Assembly (NCBI RefSeq): GCF_009914755.1
Contig: NC_060934.1
Strand: one strand, 5' to 3'
Length of the DNA stretch: 64,000 nucleotides
DNA from: the human T2T-CHM13v2.0 reference genome, Homo sapiens
Part shown: piece by piece, positions 43,695-56,419 of the stretch
How the letters are laid out: each line of letters begins with the position of its first letter
How positions within the stretch are numbered: the stretch's first letter is position 1
The notes under the pieces: model-generated
Databases searched by the model: none
Told to the model about the DNA's origin: nothing
Seen by the model: only the letters and a program-made list of their open reading frames with translations
Program-made: the position numbers and the translations under genes

Positions 43695-46600
43695 CAGTAG
43701 CAAGAGCAGATCAATCCAAAAGCTAGCAGAAGACAAGAAATAATCAAAATCAGAGCTGAACTGAATGAAAATGAGACACCAAAAAAAATACAAAAGATCA
43801 ACAAAAATATAAGATGGTGTTTTGAAAGGATAATAAGATTGAAAGATTATTGACTAGACTAATAAAGAAAAAAAGAGAGATGATTTAAGTAAACACAATC
43901 AGAAATAACAAAGGGGACATTACCATCAGTCCCATAAAAATACAAAAAACCCTCAGAGACTATTCCAAACACCTCTATGAACACAAACTAGAAAACCTAC
44001 AAGAAATTGATAAATTCCTGGAAACACAAGTTTCCAAGATTGAAGCAGGAAGAAATAAAATCCTTAAAAGACTGAAAACAAGTTCCAAAATTGAATCAGT
44101 AATAAAAGGCCTACCAATTAGAAAAAGCCTGGCACCAGACAGATTCACAGCTGAATTCTACCAAACTTATATAGAAGAGCTGGCACCATTCCTACTAAAG
44201 CTATTCCAAAAAATTGATGAGGAGGGACTGTCTCTTAACTCATTATATGAGGCCAACAACATTCTGATACCAAAACCTGGCAAAATCACAATGAGAAAAG
44301 AAAACTTTAGGCCAATATTTTTGATGAACACAGATTCAAAAAATACTAGCAAACAGAATCCAGCAGCACATCAAAAAGCTAATACACTGCAATCATGTAG
44401 GCTTTATCCAAGGGATGCAAGTTGGGTTCAACATATGCAAATCAATAAATGTAATTCATCACATAAATGAAACTAAAAACAAAAACCACATGACCATCTC
44501 AATATATACAGAAAAGGCTTTTGATAAAATTTAACATCCCTTCATGTTAAAAACCCTCAACAAACTAGGCATTGAAAGGACATACCACAAAATAATAAGA
44601 GCTATCTATGAAAAACCCACAGACAAAATCATACTGAATGGGCAAAAGCTGGAAACACTCCCCTTGCGAACCAGAGCAAGATAAGATTTCTCACTTTCAC
44701 CACTCTTTTTCAACATAGTACTGGAAGTCCTAACCGGAGCAATTGGGTAAGAGAAATAAATCCAAATAAGAGACAAGTCAAACTATTTTTTGTACGTAGA
44801 TAACATAATTTTATACCACAGACTCTGCCCAAAACTCCTAGATCTGATAAACAACTTCAGCGAAGTTTTAAAATACAAAATCAATGTACAAAACTTAGTA
44901 GCATTTCTATACTCCAACAACATCCAAGCTGAGTGCCAAATCAAGGATGAAATCCCATTCGCTACAGCCACACACAAAAAAATATCTAGGACTACAACTA
45001 ACCAGGGAGGTAAAGAGACAATGAGAATTACAAAACACTGCTGAAAGAAATCAGAGCTAACACAAACAAATGGAAAACCACTCCATGCTCATGGATAGAA
45101 AGAATAAATATTGTTAAAATTGCTATACAACCCAAAGCAATTTAGATTCAAAGCTATTCCTATGAAACTACCAATTGTTGCAGGATCTTTGGGATGTTAC
45201 TCTTCTGGCAGAAAACCTGTGGCTTGTGTCATTTCTGCCTAGGTTTTGCTCATGGCCACTGGGCTTGTTCTGCCGACTTGGCCTGGCAAACAGGGTTTGG
45301 CTTGAGCTACCAGCCTGGATCCCATGCCTCCAAGGGAGACTGCAAGTCAGGTGGGGAAAGGCATGGGGTCTGGTCACTACACAGTCAGACATGCCGGCTG
45401 CTGCTGCATGGCAGGCAGCTCCAGGTGCCGGCATGGGTGCCGGCTCTCTGTGAGGCTGCAGCTGGAGCAGGCACACTGTAAGCAGCTTCCTTGGCTGGCA
45501 TCGGGGAATGCAGTGATGCCCAGAAGCTTGGAAATGCCAGGAACTGCAGGGACCCAGAGAAGGAGACACAGCCTTGGCTTGGGGAGCTCCCAGGTCTGGT
45601 CTCCCAAAGGGCTGCAGCTTTCCTCTCCTTCTCTTTGCCCACAGCATGGTGAGCAAGGGGCATATTTCATCCCTGTTTGTGTAACAGCTCTCTTAGCCTT
45701 GCCATTTGGCAGGTCCTGAGTTCTTGCCTTGTGACCAGGAAGAATGAGGTATACAGACAAGTGGAGAGTGAGCAAGGCAAAGAGGAGCTTTGAGTGACAG
45801 AACAGCTCAGAGGGGACCCACAGTGGGTAGTTCCTTCTCACAGCCGGGTTATCCTGACGAGTGTTCAGCTCCTAGCAGAGAGGAGACACTGGAATGGAAA
45901 GCTTCTCTCTGCAGGCAGGTCATCCTGTCATCTCTGCAGCTCTCAGCAAAGAGGGTAGCTCCTTTCTGCAGCTGGTCATCCCACTGTCTCTCTGTCCTCT
46001 GCTCTGCTCTGGCTGAGCCTGGGGATATTATGGCCCCTCAGAGGGGAGGAAGTTCCCACCGGTTGGTCCATGGGTGTGCCCCAAAAAGGCACCATAAGTT
46101 CCGACTCTGGTCCATGGGACTGGCAGCCCAGACACCAGCCTTCAGGCCCTCCTTGGCCTGATCTGCCCCCTTCCACCCAGGTGCCTGTCTGTCTTCTGCT
46201 GGTGTCCATGGTGCCCAGGCTGCTCCAGCCAAGAGCAACCTGCAGGGCAGCACCGAGCTGCGCTTCCCCCAACTTCAGCCTCCCTCCCAAAGCTTCTCAG
46301 TGCCCAAAGTCTGGGAGGTGCCACAGCCTCAGGGAGCTGGCATGTCAGCACTGCCTTGAGTGCGCACACACCAGGCCAGGTTATGACTGCTCCTGGGCTT
46401 GGCCCCAACCCTGCTCTCAGATCAGAACAGGCAGTGGTAGTGGGAAGAGGCCAGGCAGCAACAGCAAACACTCCTGAGCCTGGGGGGACAAAGGAAGCTT
46501 CCTGGGCCCCTGAGAGTGCAGGGATGCCTGAGTCTGTGGTTGGACAGGGCAGCTGCAGCGCACCCAGGGAGCTCCTGGCATGCAAACTCAGAAGGGGTGA

Positions 46601-49043
46601 GGCTTCTGCTTGTCCCTGGCTCCCACTGGCTCTGTAGATCATGCAGCCCTGGCCACAACCCATGCAGCCTGGGGTGGGGGCTCCAGGTCCTTGCTGGGCC
46701 TAGGCCAGTGTTCGGGGCAGGAGCAACATCATTGAGAGCTCCCCGATGGCCGCAACCTTCAGGGGCAGCCCAGGGCTCCCCTTCACCTGGCTTGTGGCCC
46801 TGTCTAGGGGGCACACCTCTGGAAGTGGATTGTGGACCCTGGGCCCAGCCGTCGGGAGTGTCAGGCTCAGTGGTCACGCTGATGCAAGGCAGACCCCAGG
46901 GACATGCACTGGTGCAGCCCCATACAGAGCCTCCTCCTGAGGTGAAAAACCCAGCATCCTCTGCAGAGTGGGAGTGGTGGCTGCACCACTGGCCAGGTTC
47001 TCGAAGCAGGCCTGCTCCCACTTTCCGTCCTGGCTCCCAAAGCGTGGCCCCAACTTCGCACCCCAGGCCCGGTCCCCATGCTCCATATGCAAGCCCAGCA
47101 CCAACCTGGGCCCAGCACTGCCCTGGGCCCCTCTCTGCCCGATAGTGCTGTTCCTGCAACAGCAGGAGGCGTGGCCCAGCCCCATCACTGTAGTCCTCAG
47201 GGCAGTGGGTTTCAGGGGGCTCCCTGGGGCGGCCTGGGAACTGTCTTCCCCCTGCCCACACCTTCCCCGTAGTGCTGGCCGGCGAGAGCAGCAATGCATG
47301 GCCAGGGTTCAGAGCCATGGAGGCTCCAGGACTGAGAGGGGTTTCTACCCGGTCACATGAAGATGGAGGCAGTGCAGTTGGCCACCTTGTGGACATGGTG
47401 CACAGATGACCCACCGCCACCACTGCCGCTCCTGCTGCCGCTCCTGTTTCCACTGCCTGTGCTTCCCCACTGTGGACTGCCCCTTGCTGCCATCACAATG
47501 ACATTGTTTCTATTTCTGTGAAATAGATACAGCTATCCTAAAATTCATATGGAACCAAACAAGAGCATGAATAGCCAAAGCAACACTGAGCAAAAAGATC
47601 AAAGCTGAAGCAATCACATTACCTTTCTTCAAACTATACCACAAGGCTACAGTAACAAAAATAACACGTTAGTAGTAGAAATATAGACACACAGATCAAT
47701 GGAACAGAATAGACATCCTAGAAATAAAGTCACATCCCCACAACCGACTGATCATCGACAAAAATAAGCAATGGGAAAAGGACTCCCTATTCAATAAATG
47801 GTGCTGGGATAACTGGCTAGCCATACACAGAAGACTGAAACTGGACCCCTTTCTTACACCATATACAAAAATCAACTCAAGATGGATTAAAGACTTAAAT
47901 GTACAACCTAAAACTATAAAAACTATAAAAATCCTGGAAGATAATCTAGGAAATATCATTCTGGACAAAAGTCCTTACAAAGATTTCATGATGAAGACAC
48001 CAAAAGTAATTGCAACAACAAAAAAAATTGACAAGTGGGACCTAGTTAAACTAAAGAGCTTCTGCACAGCAAATGAAACTATCAACAGAGAAAATAGCCA
48101 ACCTAAAGAATTGGAGAAAACATTTGCAAACTATGTATCTTATAAAGTCATAATATCCAGAATCTATAAGGAACTTAAAACAACAAAAAACCCTTTAAAA
48201 ATGGGCAAAGAGTATGAACAGACATTTTTCAAAAGAAGACAAACATGCAACCAACAAGCATATGAAAAAAATGCTCAACATCACTAATCATAAAAGAAAT
48301 GCAAATCAAAATCACAATGAGATACCATTTCACAACTGTCAGAAAGGCTATTATTAAAAAGTCAAAAAATAACAGATGCTGGTGAGTTTACAGAGAAAAG
48401 GGAACACTTACACACTGCTGGTGTGAATGTAAGTTAGTTCAGCCACTGTGGAAAGCAGTTTTGTGATTTCTCAGTGAACTCAAAACAGAACCACCAGTTG
48501 CCCCAGCAATCCCATTATTGGGTATATTCTCCCCAAAATATAAATTGTTCTACTATAAAGACATATGCACATGTATGTTCATTGCAGCACTATTCACAAT
48601 AGCAAAGACATGGAATTAACCTAGATGCCCATCAATGGTAGACTCCATAAAGAAAATGTGGTACATATTCACCACAGAATACTATGCAGGCATAAAAAAT
48701 AACAAGATAATGTCCTTTGCAGCAACATGAATGAAGCCTGAGGCCATTATACTAAGAAAATTAACCAAGGAACAGAAAACTAAATACTTCATGTTCTCAC
48801 CTTTAAGTGGGAGCTAAACATTGAGTACATGTGGACACAATGAAGGCAATCATAGACACAGGGGTCTGTTTGAGGGTGAAGGGTAAGAGGATAAAGATCA
48901 AAATACTACCTATTGGATACTATGCTTATTACCTGGGTGATGAAATAATATGTACACCAAACCCCCACAACATGCAATTTATGAATATCTATATAATAAA
49001 CCTGTGCATATACCCCCAAAATAAAAATAAAAGTTTAAAAAAA
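43695..49043 (+). mobile_element. 5'-truncated L1PA15-type element, split by a MER52 LTR
   Basis: ORF2 remnants from ccaaaagctagcagaagacaag to the 3' UTR ctacctattggatactatgcttattacctgggtgatgaaataat; poly(A). Confidence 0.92.
45176..47495 (-). mobile_element. Solo MER52-type LTR (2.3 kb, MER52D-like)
   Basis: tg/ca termini, 4-bp TSD caat (45172-45175, 47496-47499); tgttgcaggatctttgggatg...ttttgctcatggccactgggcttgttc matches the reverse of the MER52 3' end; GC-rich. Confidence 0.9.
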
Positions 49044-49539
49044 ACTCCATATCTCATCATCAAGTCAAACACAAAAACAGCTTCTAATCAACATTTTAGC
49101 AACTCACTCTTAAAGCTGTACGATTAAATGCAATGGAATATCTGATGAAAGCCTACAAATGGAATGAGTTTAAAACAGATAAGCAAAAAAGCCAAAAATC
49201 GGGGAAAGATTCAGAAAAATAGAATTTCACAGTAATTTATATAAATTTGCAAACCTAAATTAGGAAGGTTTTGCAGAGGGAAATACCAAGATAGTATGCA
49301 TCTATATTTGACATAATAAAGAGGTCAGTACATTAAATCTAACATTGATTACTCAAGAAATATTAGTATAAGCATGTTAATCATGTATGCAGGAAAATAT
49401 CCGAAAAAGTCACAAACAAATGAAAGTCTTTGTTTCAAAGTAATTGGATTGTGGTGTCAGGAAGAGTATATTTCTGTCTTCACTATTAGTCTTTTAATAA
49501 GATTCAACATTTTAAAAATATTTGAATATATTTTTCTGA

Positions 49540-49588
49540 AATATATATATATAGGTCTGTATATATATATCACATATATATATCACAT

Positions 49589-49621
<33 letters not shown>

Positions 49622-49625
49622 CACA
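49540..49625. repeat. (TA)/(CA) microsatellite
   Basis: Direct inspection. Confidence 0.95.
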
Positions 49626-50055
49626 TTTCACAAATTCAGATAGAGGCTGATAATATTTTGCACAAAACTTCATTTTCCCATGAGAAAAATTATTCCACAT
49701 GGAGTAATGCAGGGCATGTAGTGATGAATAACAGGATAAATAACCATGTTAAGGGAACAATAGTTACAGATAGTAACAAAACAGAGACACAGTCCCAGAC
49801 TAACACATTTTAGTGAAATTTAAGAACATCCAAGCAAAGGGATTATTTGACATCTAGTGTCAGCTACAAATCTCAGCTACCTCCTGGCTGAGGCATGTTT
49901 TTCACTAGTAGCATAGTAAAAAAAAGTATTCATAGCTGACTCCAGAGACTAAATCACCACTTCTAGTAGCTGTAAGTAGAAGGGCCTGAAACCAATAAAG
50001 AAACTGTAATTTGGAGTTACCACGGAGGTGCCCAGATGGTTGGGATAGTAGGACC

Positions 50056-50495
50056 TGTAATAAGTCATCCAGATTCCTCCCTCAGAATCTCTCAGTATTA
50101 TTTCTTACTTCTTATTCCCAAAGCTGCTGGGAAGGTTGTCACCTGACCCTTGAAAGCTATCAGTCCTCTTTGGAAGTTGCCCATGATTGAAGAAATCTGC
50201 ATCTGCTGGGCCACTGCCATTTCCTCAGGGAGTCTGCACACAACGGCCAATCAACATAAGAGTTCAAATGTCCAGCTCCCTCTCCACAATGAAGGTGGAC
50301 CACGAAGACATATCCAGGCTTCAGAGCACCTTGTGGGGTTTGAGGGAGCTTTTGATGATTGAAGCTCAATTTTTCCCCTCTGCCCAATCATTCTTTCTTC
50401 CCTTCCCTTACCCAGGAATTGACCTCAAGAGCACTCCCTAATAAACATCCTGTACCCCATCTCAGAATCTGCTTCCTAGGAAACCCGATCTGCAG
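50056..50495 (+). mobile_element. LTR16-type ERVL solo LTR
   Basis: ttcccctctgcccaatc...ctcaagagcactccctaataaacatcctg...atctcagaatctgcttcctaggaaaccc typical of the LTR16C 3' end. Confidence 0.8.
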
Positions 50496-51289
50496 TAGCT
50501 GAAGTTTCTTCTCCAAACAGGAGCAGATGGTTGCTCCAAGGTGATCATTACTATCTTAATGGTTGATCAGTACAACACATTTCAAAGACACCTCATGCAC
50601 TTATTGTCTGTGGTTGCCACCAGAATTCAATTACCTAGCTTAAGCTTTGACTAAGCTGATATTTGCTACCGTATCATTTTAAGCACTGCCTCCCTGAGCA
50701 AGCCAGCCAATGGAGAGTAAGAACTACTCATATTCAGCTCAACATACATGAGAAGTGATTATAATTTTGAACCCCTGGTAAATCTAAATGTCCTCCAAAT
50801 GAACTGGATGCAGGAAGGTCGACAATTATAGAAAACTTTTGCTCCCAAACAGAGTTCCTCTCAGCTCTTTTCTTCAGCAAGTCTGTCAAAGGAATTAAAC
50901 TGCCTACAAGTTTGAAACCTTCAAGCAGGTACTGACAGGAACTAGTGAGTTAGAAACATAGTTGCCAGGGGAACGCCATCTGCTGCCAGGTTCCTCACTG
51001 CTAATACTTACTCAGAAAGACCAAGGCATCTGGTTTATGAGCCAAGATCTTGATGGTTTTACAGTGCACATTGCATGTAATTACAGAGCACCAGCAGGGT
51101 AACAAAAATCTGTGTTTTTCAACTGTTAGGAATTCAAAGAGTCTGAGAAAAAAAAATTACTAAAATTTCCAGGCTCTGCATAAATTTGGTGAACGGATGC
51201 ATTCAATTAGGTTACTATAAATTACTAAGCAAGTGAGTCCGCTCAATACTACAGTGGTAGAAAAGAAACTGAAGACAGAGCAGGAATGT

Positions 51290-51723
51290 TGCATATTAAG
51301 ATGAAGGCTAGTTGCTATGACAAAAAGACCCCAAAAACTATTACTTACATAATATAGCAGATATTGTGCTCTCATGTAACAGTCTGACAAGTAGGCTAGC
51401 AAAGTCATCCTACACCTTTTTGGTCATGCAGGGATTTAGAATCCTTCTATATTATTTCTCTACTTTTCTGTGGAATTGTATTTTCATTTATATGGTCAAA
51501 GATATATAATTCTAGTCCATAGAAAATAATAAAATGAGCTAGGATCCAGGAGAAGTGGTTTATTTATATTTAGAAATGAGCTGGTACACATATCACTTTT
51601 CACATTACATATAGACACCTAGCTGCAAGAGAGGCAGACACATTTAATTGGTAGCTAAGAGGCCACATGGGCAAAAAGGACAAATTGATTTTGTGGGAAT
51701 AACTAGCAAGGCAATCTGTAACA
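51290..51723 (-). mobile_element. MLT1J/K-type LTR
   Basis: ggctagttgctatgacaaaaagacccc...ctctcatgtaacagtctg...cacctagctgcaagagaggc. Confidence 0.7.
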
Positions 51724-51891
51724 GAGAGAAACAGAGTAGATGAAGGAATTTCAGTATAATGTAAAATAATGAGGATAAAAAGAGGGAAAGGAAGGTAACA
51801 GCATGCATTACCATACAAGTCAACCTGTGGAAAACTGAAACTTAATACTATCCCATTTAGGGATGAGAGAAATGTTTCTTGGTGTTTGGAG

Positions 51892-52206
51892 TTTTTTGTT
51901 TGTGTTTGTTTGTTTGTTTGTTTTCTGAGATGGAGTCTCACTCTGTTGCCCAGGCTGTAGTGGAATGGTGCAATCTTGGCTCACTGCAAACTCTGCCTCC
52001 TGGGTTCAAGCGATACTCCTGCCTAAGCCTCCCAAGTAGCTTGTATTACATACATGCACCACGATGCCTGCCTAATATTGTATTTTTAGTAGAGACAGGG
52101 TTTCACCATGTTGGCCAGGCGGGTCTCGAACTTCTGACCTCAGGTGATCTTCCTGCCTCAGCCTCTCAAAGTGTTGGGATTACAGTGTGAGCCTCCATGC
52201 CTGGCC
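51892..52206 (-). mobile_element. AluS (Sx/Sz-like)
   Basis: Full dimer, (TTTG)n tail, ctgacctcaggtgatc. Confidence 0.95.
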
Positions 52207-52494
52207 ACACATGAGGTTTTCTTCCATGAGTTTCTGCCAGTTATTGCTCAAGGTTTGCACCCATGAGTCATTGATACCCACAGTACTTTCTGTCTGCCAT
52301 GCACAGGCATAGCAAGATCCAATGGCCAGATAAAGCTCTCAGAAAAAGGTTGCAAATGCTGATAGCTGGAAGTTAGGCAGCATGCCAAGAAGTGGCAAAA
52401 CCATGAACATATGGATGGGAGGATGGAAAACATCTGATATAGTAAGGGTTATTAATAATTCTTCCAAAATGAGCAACACTGAGCTCAGTGCTCA

Positions 52495-52927
52495 TTTTTT
52501 TGTCACAACTTTATTGAACTATTATTTGTACACCATAAAGTTACCCATTATGCATGAAAAATTTAATGATATTTAGATAAATTTAAGGGTGGTACAATCA
52601 CAATCCACTTTTGAATATTTTAATCACCCCAAAGATATTCATTGTACCCATTCTGAGTTAATCCCGGTTCTCTTTCCAAGACTCAGGGAACTATGAATCT
52701 ATTTTTTTTATTTACAGATTTGCCTGTTCTACACCGTTTATGTAAGTGGAATCATACAAAATATGGCCTGTTGCAACTAGCTTCTTCTGCTTAGCATAAT
52801 GTTATAGTGGTTTGTTCATTTTATGGCACATAATAGGACTGCAAATTCATTTTTACTGGTAAATAGCATCTTATTGTATGATTATATAACATTTTGTTTA
52901 CCCTTTCACCAATTGATGGATATTTGG
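52495..52927 (-). mobile_element. L1MB/MC-type 3' UTR fragment
   Basis: caactttattgaacta...taagtggaatcatacaa...ccaattgatggatatttgg. Confidence 0.8.
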
Positions 52928-53502
52928 TGATATGGTTGGGCTGTGTCCCTACCCAAATCTCATCTTGAATTGTAGTTCTCATAATCCCCAGGTGTCATGG
53001 AAGAAACCCCTTGGGAGGTAATTTAATCATGGGGTGGTTACCCTCATGCTTTTCTCATGATAGTGAGTGAGTTCTTGTGAGATCTGATGGTTTTATAAGG
53101 GGCTGTTCCTCCTTTTGCTTGGCACTTCTCCTTGCTGCCATGTAAAGAAGGATATATTTGCTTCTCCTTCTGCCATGATTGTAAGTTTCCTGAGGCCTCC
53201 TGAGCCATGCTTAACTGTGAGTCAATTAAACCCCTTTCCTTTATAAATTACCCAGTCTTGAGTATGTCTCTATTAGCAGCATGAGAACTGACTAATACAG
53301 TAAATTGGTACCTTGTGGTGGGTTGCTGCTGTAAAGATACCTTAAAATGTGGAAGTGACTTTGGAACTGGATAACAGGCAGAGGTTGGAACAGTTTGGAG
53401 GTCTCAGAAAAAGACAGGAAAATGTGGGAAAGTTTGGAACTTCCTGGAGACTTGGAGGGCTCAGAAGACAGGAAGATGTAGGAAAGTTTGAAACTTCCTA
53501 GA
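52928..53502 (+). mobile_element. THE1 (MaLR) LTR (52928-53299) plus first ~200 bp of internal sequence; truncated
   Basis: tgatatggttgggctgtgtcc...gactaataca followed by gtaaattggtacc...ggaactggataacaggcagaggttggaacagtttggag. Confidence 0.93.
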
Positions 53503-54160
53503 ACTCTACAAAATTGAAATCTTCTGCACTTCAAAAGACACCATTAATAAAATGAAAAAGACAAAACAAGAAAGCAAGCGAGAGACAATATTTCAATACT
53601 ATATACTTCTTAAATGTGGATTGTAAAATGAGTTCTCTAATTACTAACCTATGAAATCCACAACTTTGATTCTTAAAAGTGAGCTAATATTCAGCCTTGG
53701 AGTAGATTCTTGGTATAAAAGAGCCCACATTCAGATTTACATGGCTTCATATTCTTCCTCTATTGCTTTCTCTGTTACCCTTTCTTTCTTTCTTTTGCTG
53801 GTCTGTGCTTGCCATTGTTTGTAGTCTCTCACATATATTCTTGTTCCATCTTTTTCTCTCTGTGTCCTTTGGATATCTGTATGTCTTTATCCATCTCTTT
53901 CTTTTTATCATTTTTTTAAGATCTCCTGCAAAGTTCATAATACTTTAAATTATTGTGGAAACATAACTCTCTGGGGAAGGTTACTACAATCACTTTGTTT
54001 ATCCTACTCCAAACATATAATTAAAAGTTATAAATTTTATTCATCATACTAGATGGCAAACATTGCTCAAGTGTTTTCAAAATCATGGGGTAACTGTTAT
54101 TAGTCAGAAGCAATGACAGTCCAGGAAGTGAAGATGATGAAGATGAACAGAACATGACAT

Positions 54161-54736
54161 TGAGAGGTAAAGCCAGCTGGACTTCCTGGGTGGAGTGGGG
54201 ACTTGGAGAACTTTTCTGTCTTATAAGAGGATTGTAAAATGCACCAATCAGCACTCTGTAGCTAGAATTGTAAAATGCACCAATCAGCGCTCTGTGGCTA
54301 GATAGAAATTTGTAAAATGCGCCAATCAGTGCTCTGTAAAAATGCACCAATCAGCACTCTGTGGCTAGCTAGAAATTTGTAAAATGTGCCAATCAGTGCT
54401 CTGTAAAAACGCACCAATCAGTGCTCTGTGGCTAGCTAGAAGTTTGTAAAATGGACCAATCAGCATTCTGTATAATGGACCAATCAGCAAGACGTAGGCA
54501 AGGAGAAATAAGGGAATAAAAGCTGGGCACCCTAGCCAGCAGCAGCAACCTGCTTGGGTCCCCCTCCACAGTGTGGAAGCTTTGTTCTTTTGCTCTTCAC
54601 AATAAATCTTGCTGCTGCTCACTCTTTGGATCCGTGCCACCTTTAAGAGCTGTAACACTCACCATGAAGGTCTGCGGCTTCATTCTTGAAGTCAGCGAGA
54701 CCATGAAACCACTGGAAGGAACCAAGTCCGGACACA
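54161..54736 (+). mobile_element. Solo LTR12F-type (ERV9-related) LTR
   Basis: tgagaggtaaagccagctggacttcctggg start, CCAAT tandem array, ends ccggacaca; TSD acat/acac. Confidence 0.92.
54230..54525 (+). promoter_or_regulatory. LTR12 U3 array of 8 CCAATCAG (NF-Y) boxes and TATA-like gaataaaag
   Basis: ccaatcag at ~54244, 54280, 54322, 54347, 54389, 54414, 54456, 54480. Confidence 0.75.
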
Positions 54737-55537
54737 ACACTACAGTAGTGTTTCCAAAGTTTCGACGATTCTCCAGACACCTAATTTTTTTTCCAAATTG
54801 GAGTTTCATATAGATTACATACTGCCTAGTATTTTATCTAAATAAATACATTTTATATAAATGTTTTCTAAGATAATCTAATTTGTTGTGCTAATTATCT
54901 TTTACAAATGCATATTGAAATACATATATATTTAAGTAAATGTGTTCCTTAAAGGGCCATATGAAATTATCTTCTGTACCACAAATGGTTCTCATATCAC
55001 ACAGTGTAAACCACTGTCCTATGACATATCAATAATAAATAGGGAGGCAGTGGAGAGATCTGAAAGCAAGGAACAATGGAGGAATGAGGGAGAGTTAAGA
55101 TGAAAATTATGGTAGGTAGAATTACAGATGTTAAGGAATTTAGGTTCTTAACTCTTTGAAAAATCCCATATTAATGATTTCTGAAGACATGGAAGTTTAG
55201 GCATTTTGCAAAGTTCTTTCTGATTTTAGAAATATATATCATTCGTCTCAGAAATTCCAATTGAAGGCATTTACCTTGTGGATATAGTTTATATGTAGGA
55301 GATTTAAGCACCATTTTCTACAGTAACAAAAACAAAACAAATGAGATGAAACTAAACAATAACCTAACTGCCCCCAACAGAGCATTTAATTATTAGATTA
55401 TGAATCTCCACAATGGGATCTTATGAAGTAGTTAGGGGAAATGAGATAGTTTAGAATAAACTCATATCTGAATTCTCAAAGATGAAGTAAAAAAAATTAT
55501 GAAAAAACCAGTATGTATAGGATGCTTGGTTTTGTAG

Positions 55538-55963
<426 letters not shown>

Positions 55964-56307
55964 TCAGTTATGTGAAAAATACTCCTTTTACATTTTATGA
56001 CTTTTTTAACACTTGGTTTCATATTTCCCCAGAAAATCATTCAATACCAGAAGACAATGAAAAAAAAAAAGGAATCTACAATGCGTAAAACATTGTGAAA
56101 TAAAGAATAACAAAATGCATACCTCAACACTATGCTGTAAATTATAAGGTCATGGTCTCTCTGGCATAGCTGTTTCGTTGCCTTATTCTTGAAGAGCATA
56201 GTGCATATGATGATTCGTCTATGGAATATATTTTCAGACTTTCTTGTGGAGTAGTTCAGAAATGAATTTGGATATTAAATATTCCTTATCAAAAAATAAC
56301 ATGCACT

Positions 56308-56379
56308 CCAAGATCGTGCCACTGCACTCCAGCCTGGGCGACAGAGCGAGACTCTGTCTCAAACAAACAAACAAAAAAA
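56308..56379 (+). mobile_element. Severely 5'-truncated Alu (last ~53 nt plus tail)
   Basis: ccaagatcgtgccactgcactccagcctgggcgacagagcgagactctgtctc plus A-rich tail; degenerate TSD. Confidence 0.92.
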
Positions 56380-56419
56380 TGTGCACTGTAGGTTGAGCCT
56401 AAATTACTCAATTAATGAT

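Noticed and set aside
45168-47453. Cluster of long overlapping ORFs (up to 343 aa)
   Set aside because: All lie in the GC-rich MER52 LTR, occur in every frame and show no recognisable domain; stop codons are simply scarce there.
53394-53502. ~50-bp tandem repeat in THE1 internal sequence
   Set aside because: As I recall it is a common feature of THE1 internal sequences, so probably not locus-specific.
54230-54490. Regularly spaced repeats resembling a CRISPR array
   Set aside because: These are LTR12 U3 CCAAT repeats with non-unique spacers, in primate DNA with no cas genes.
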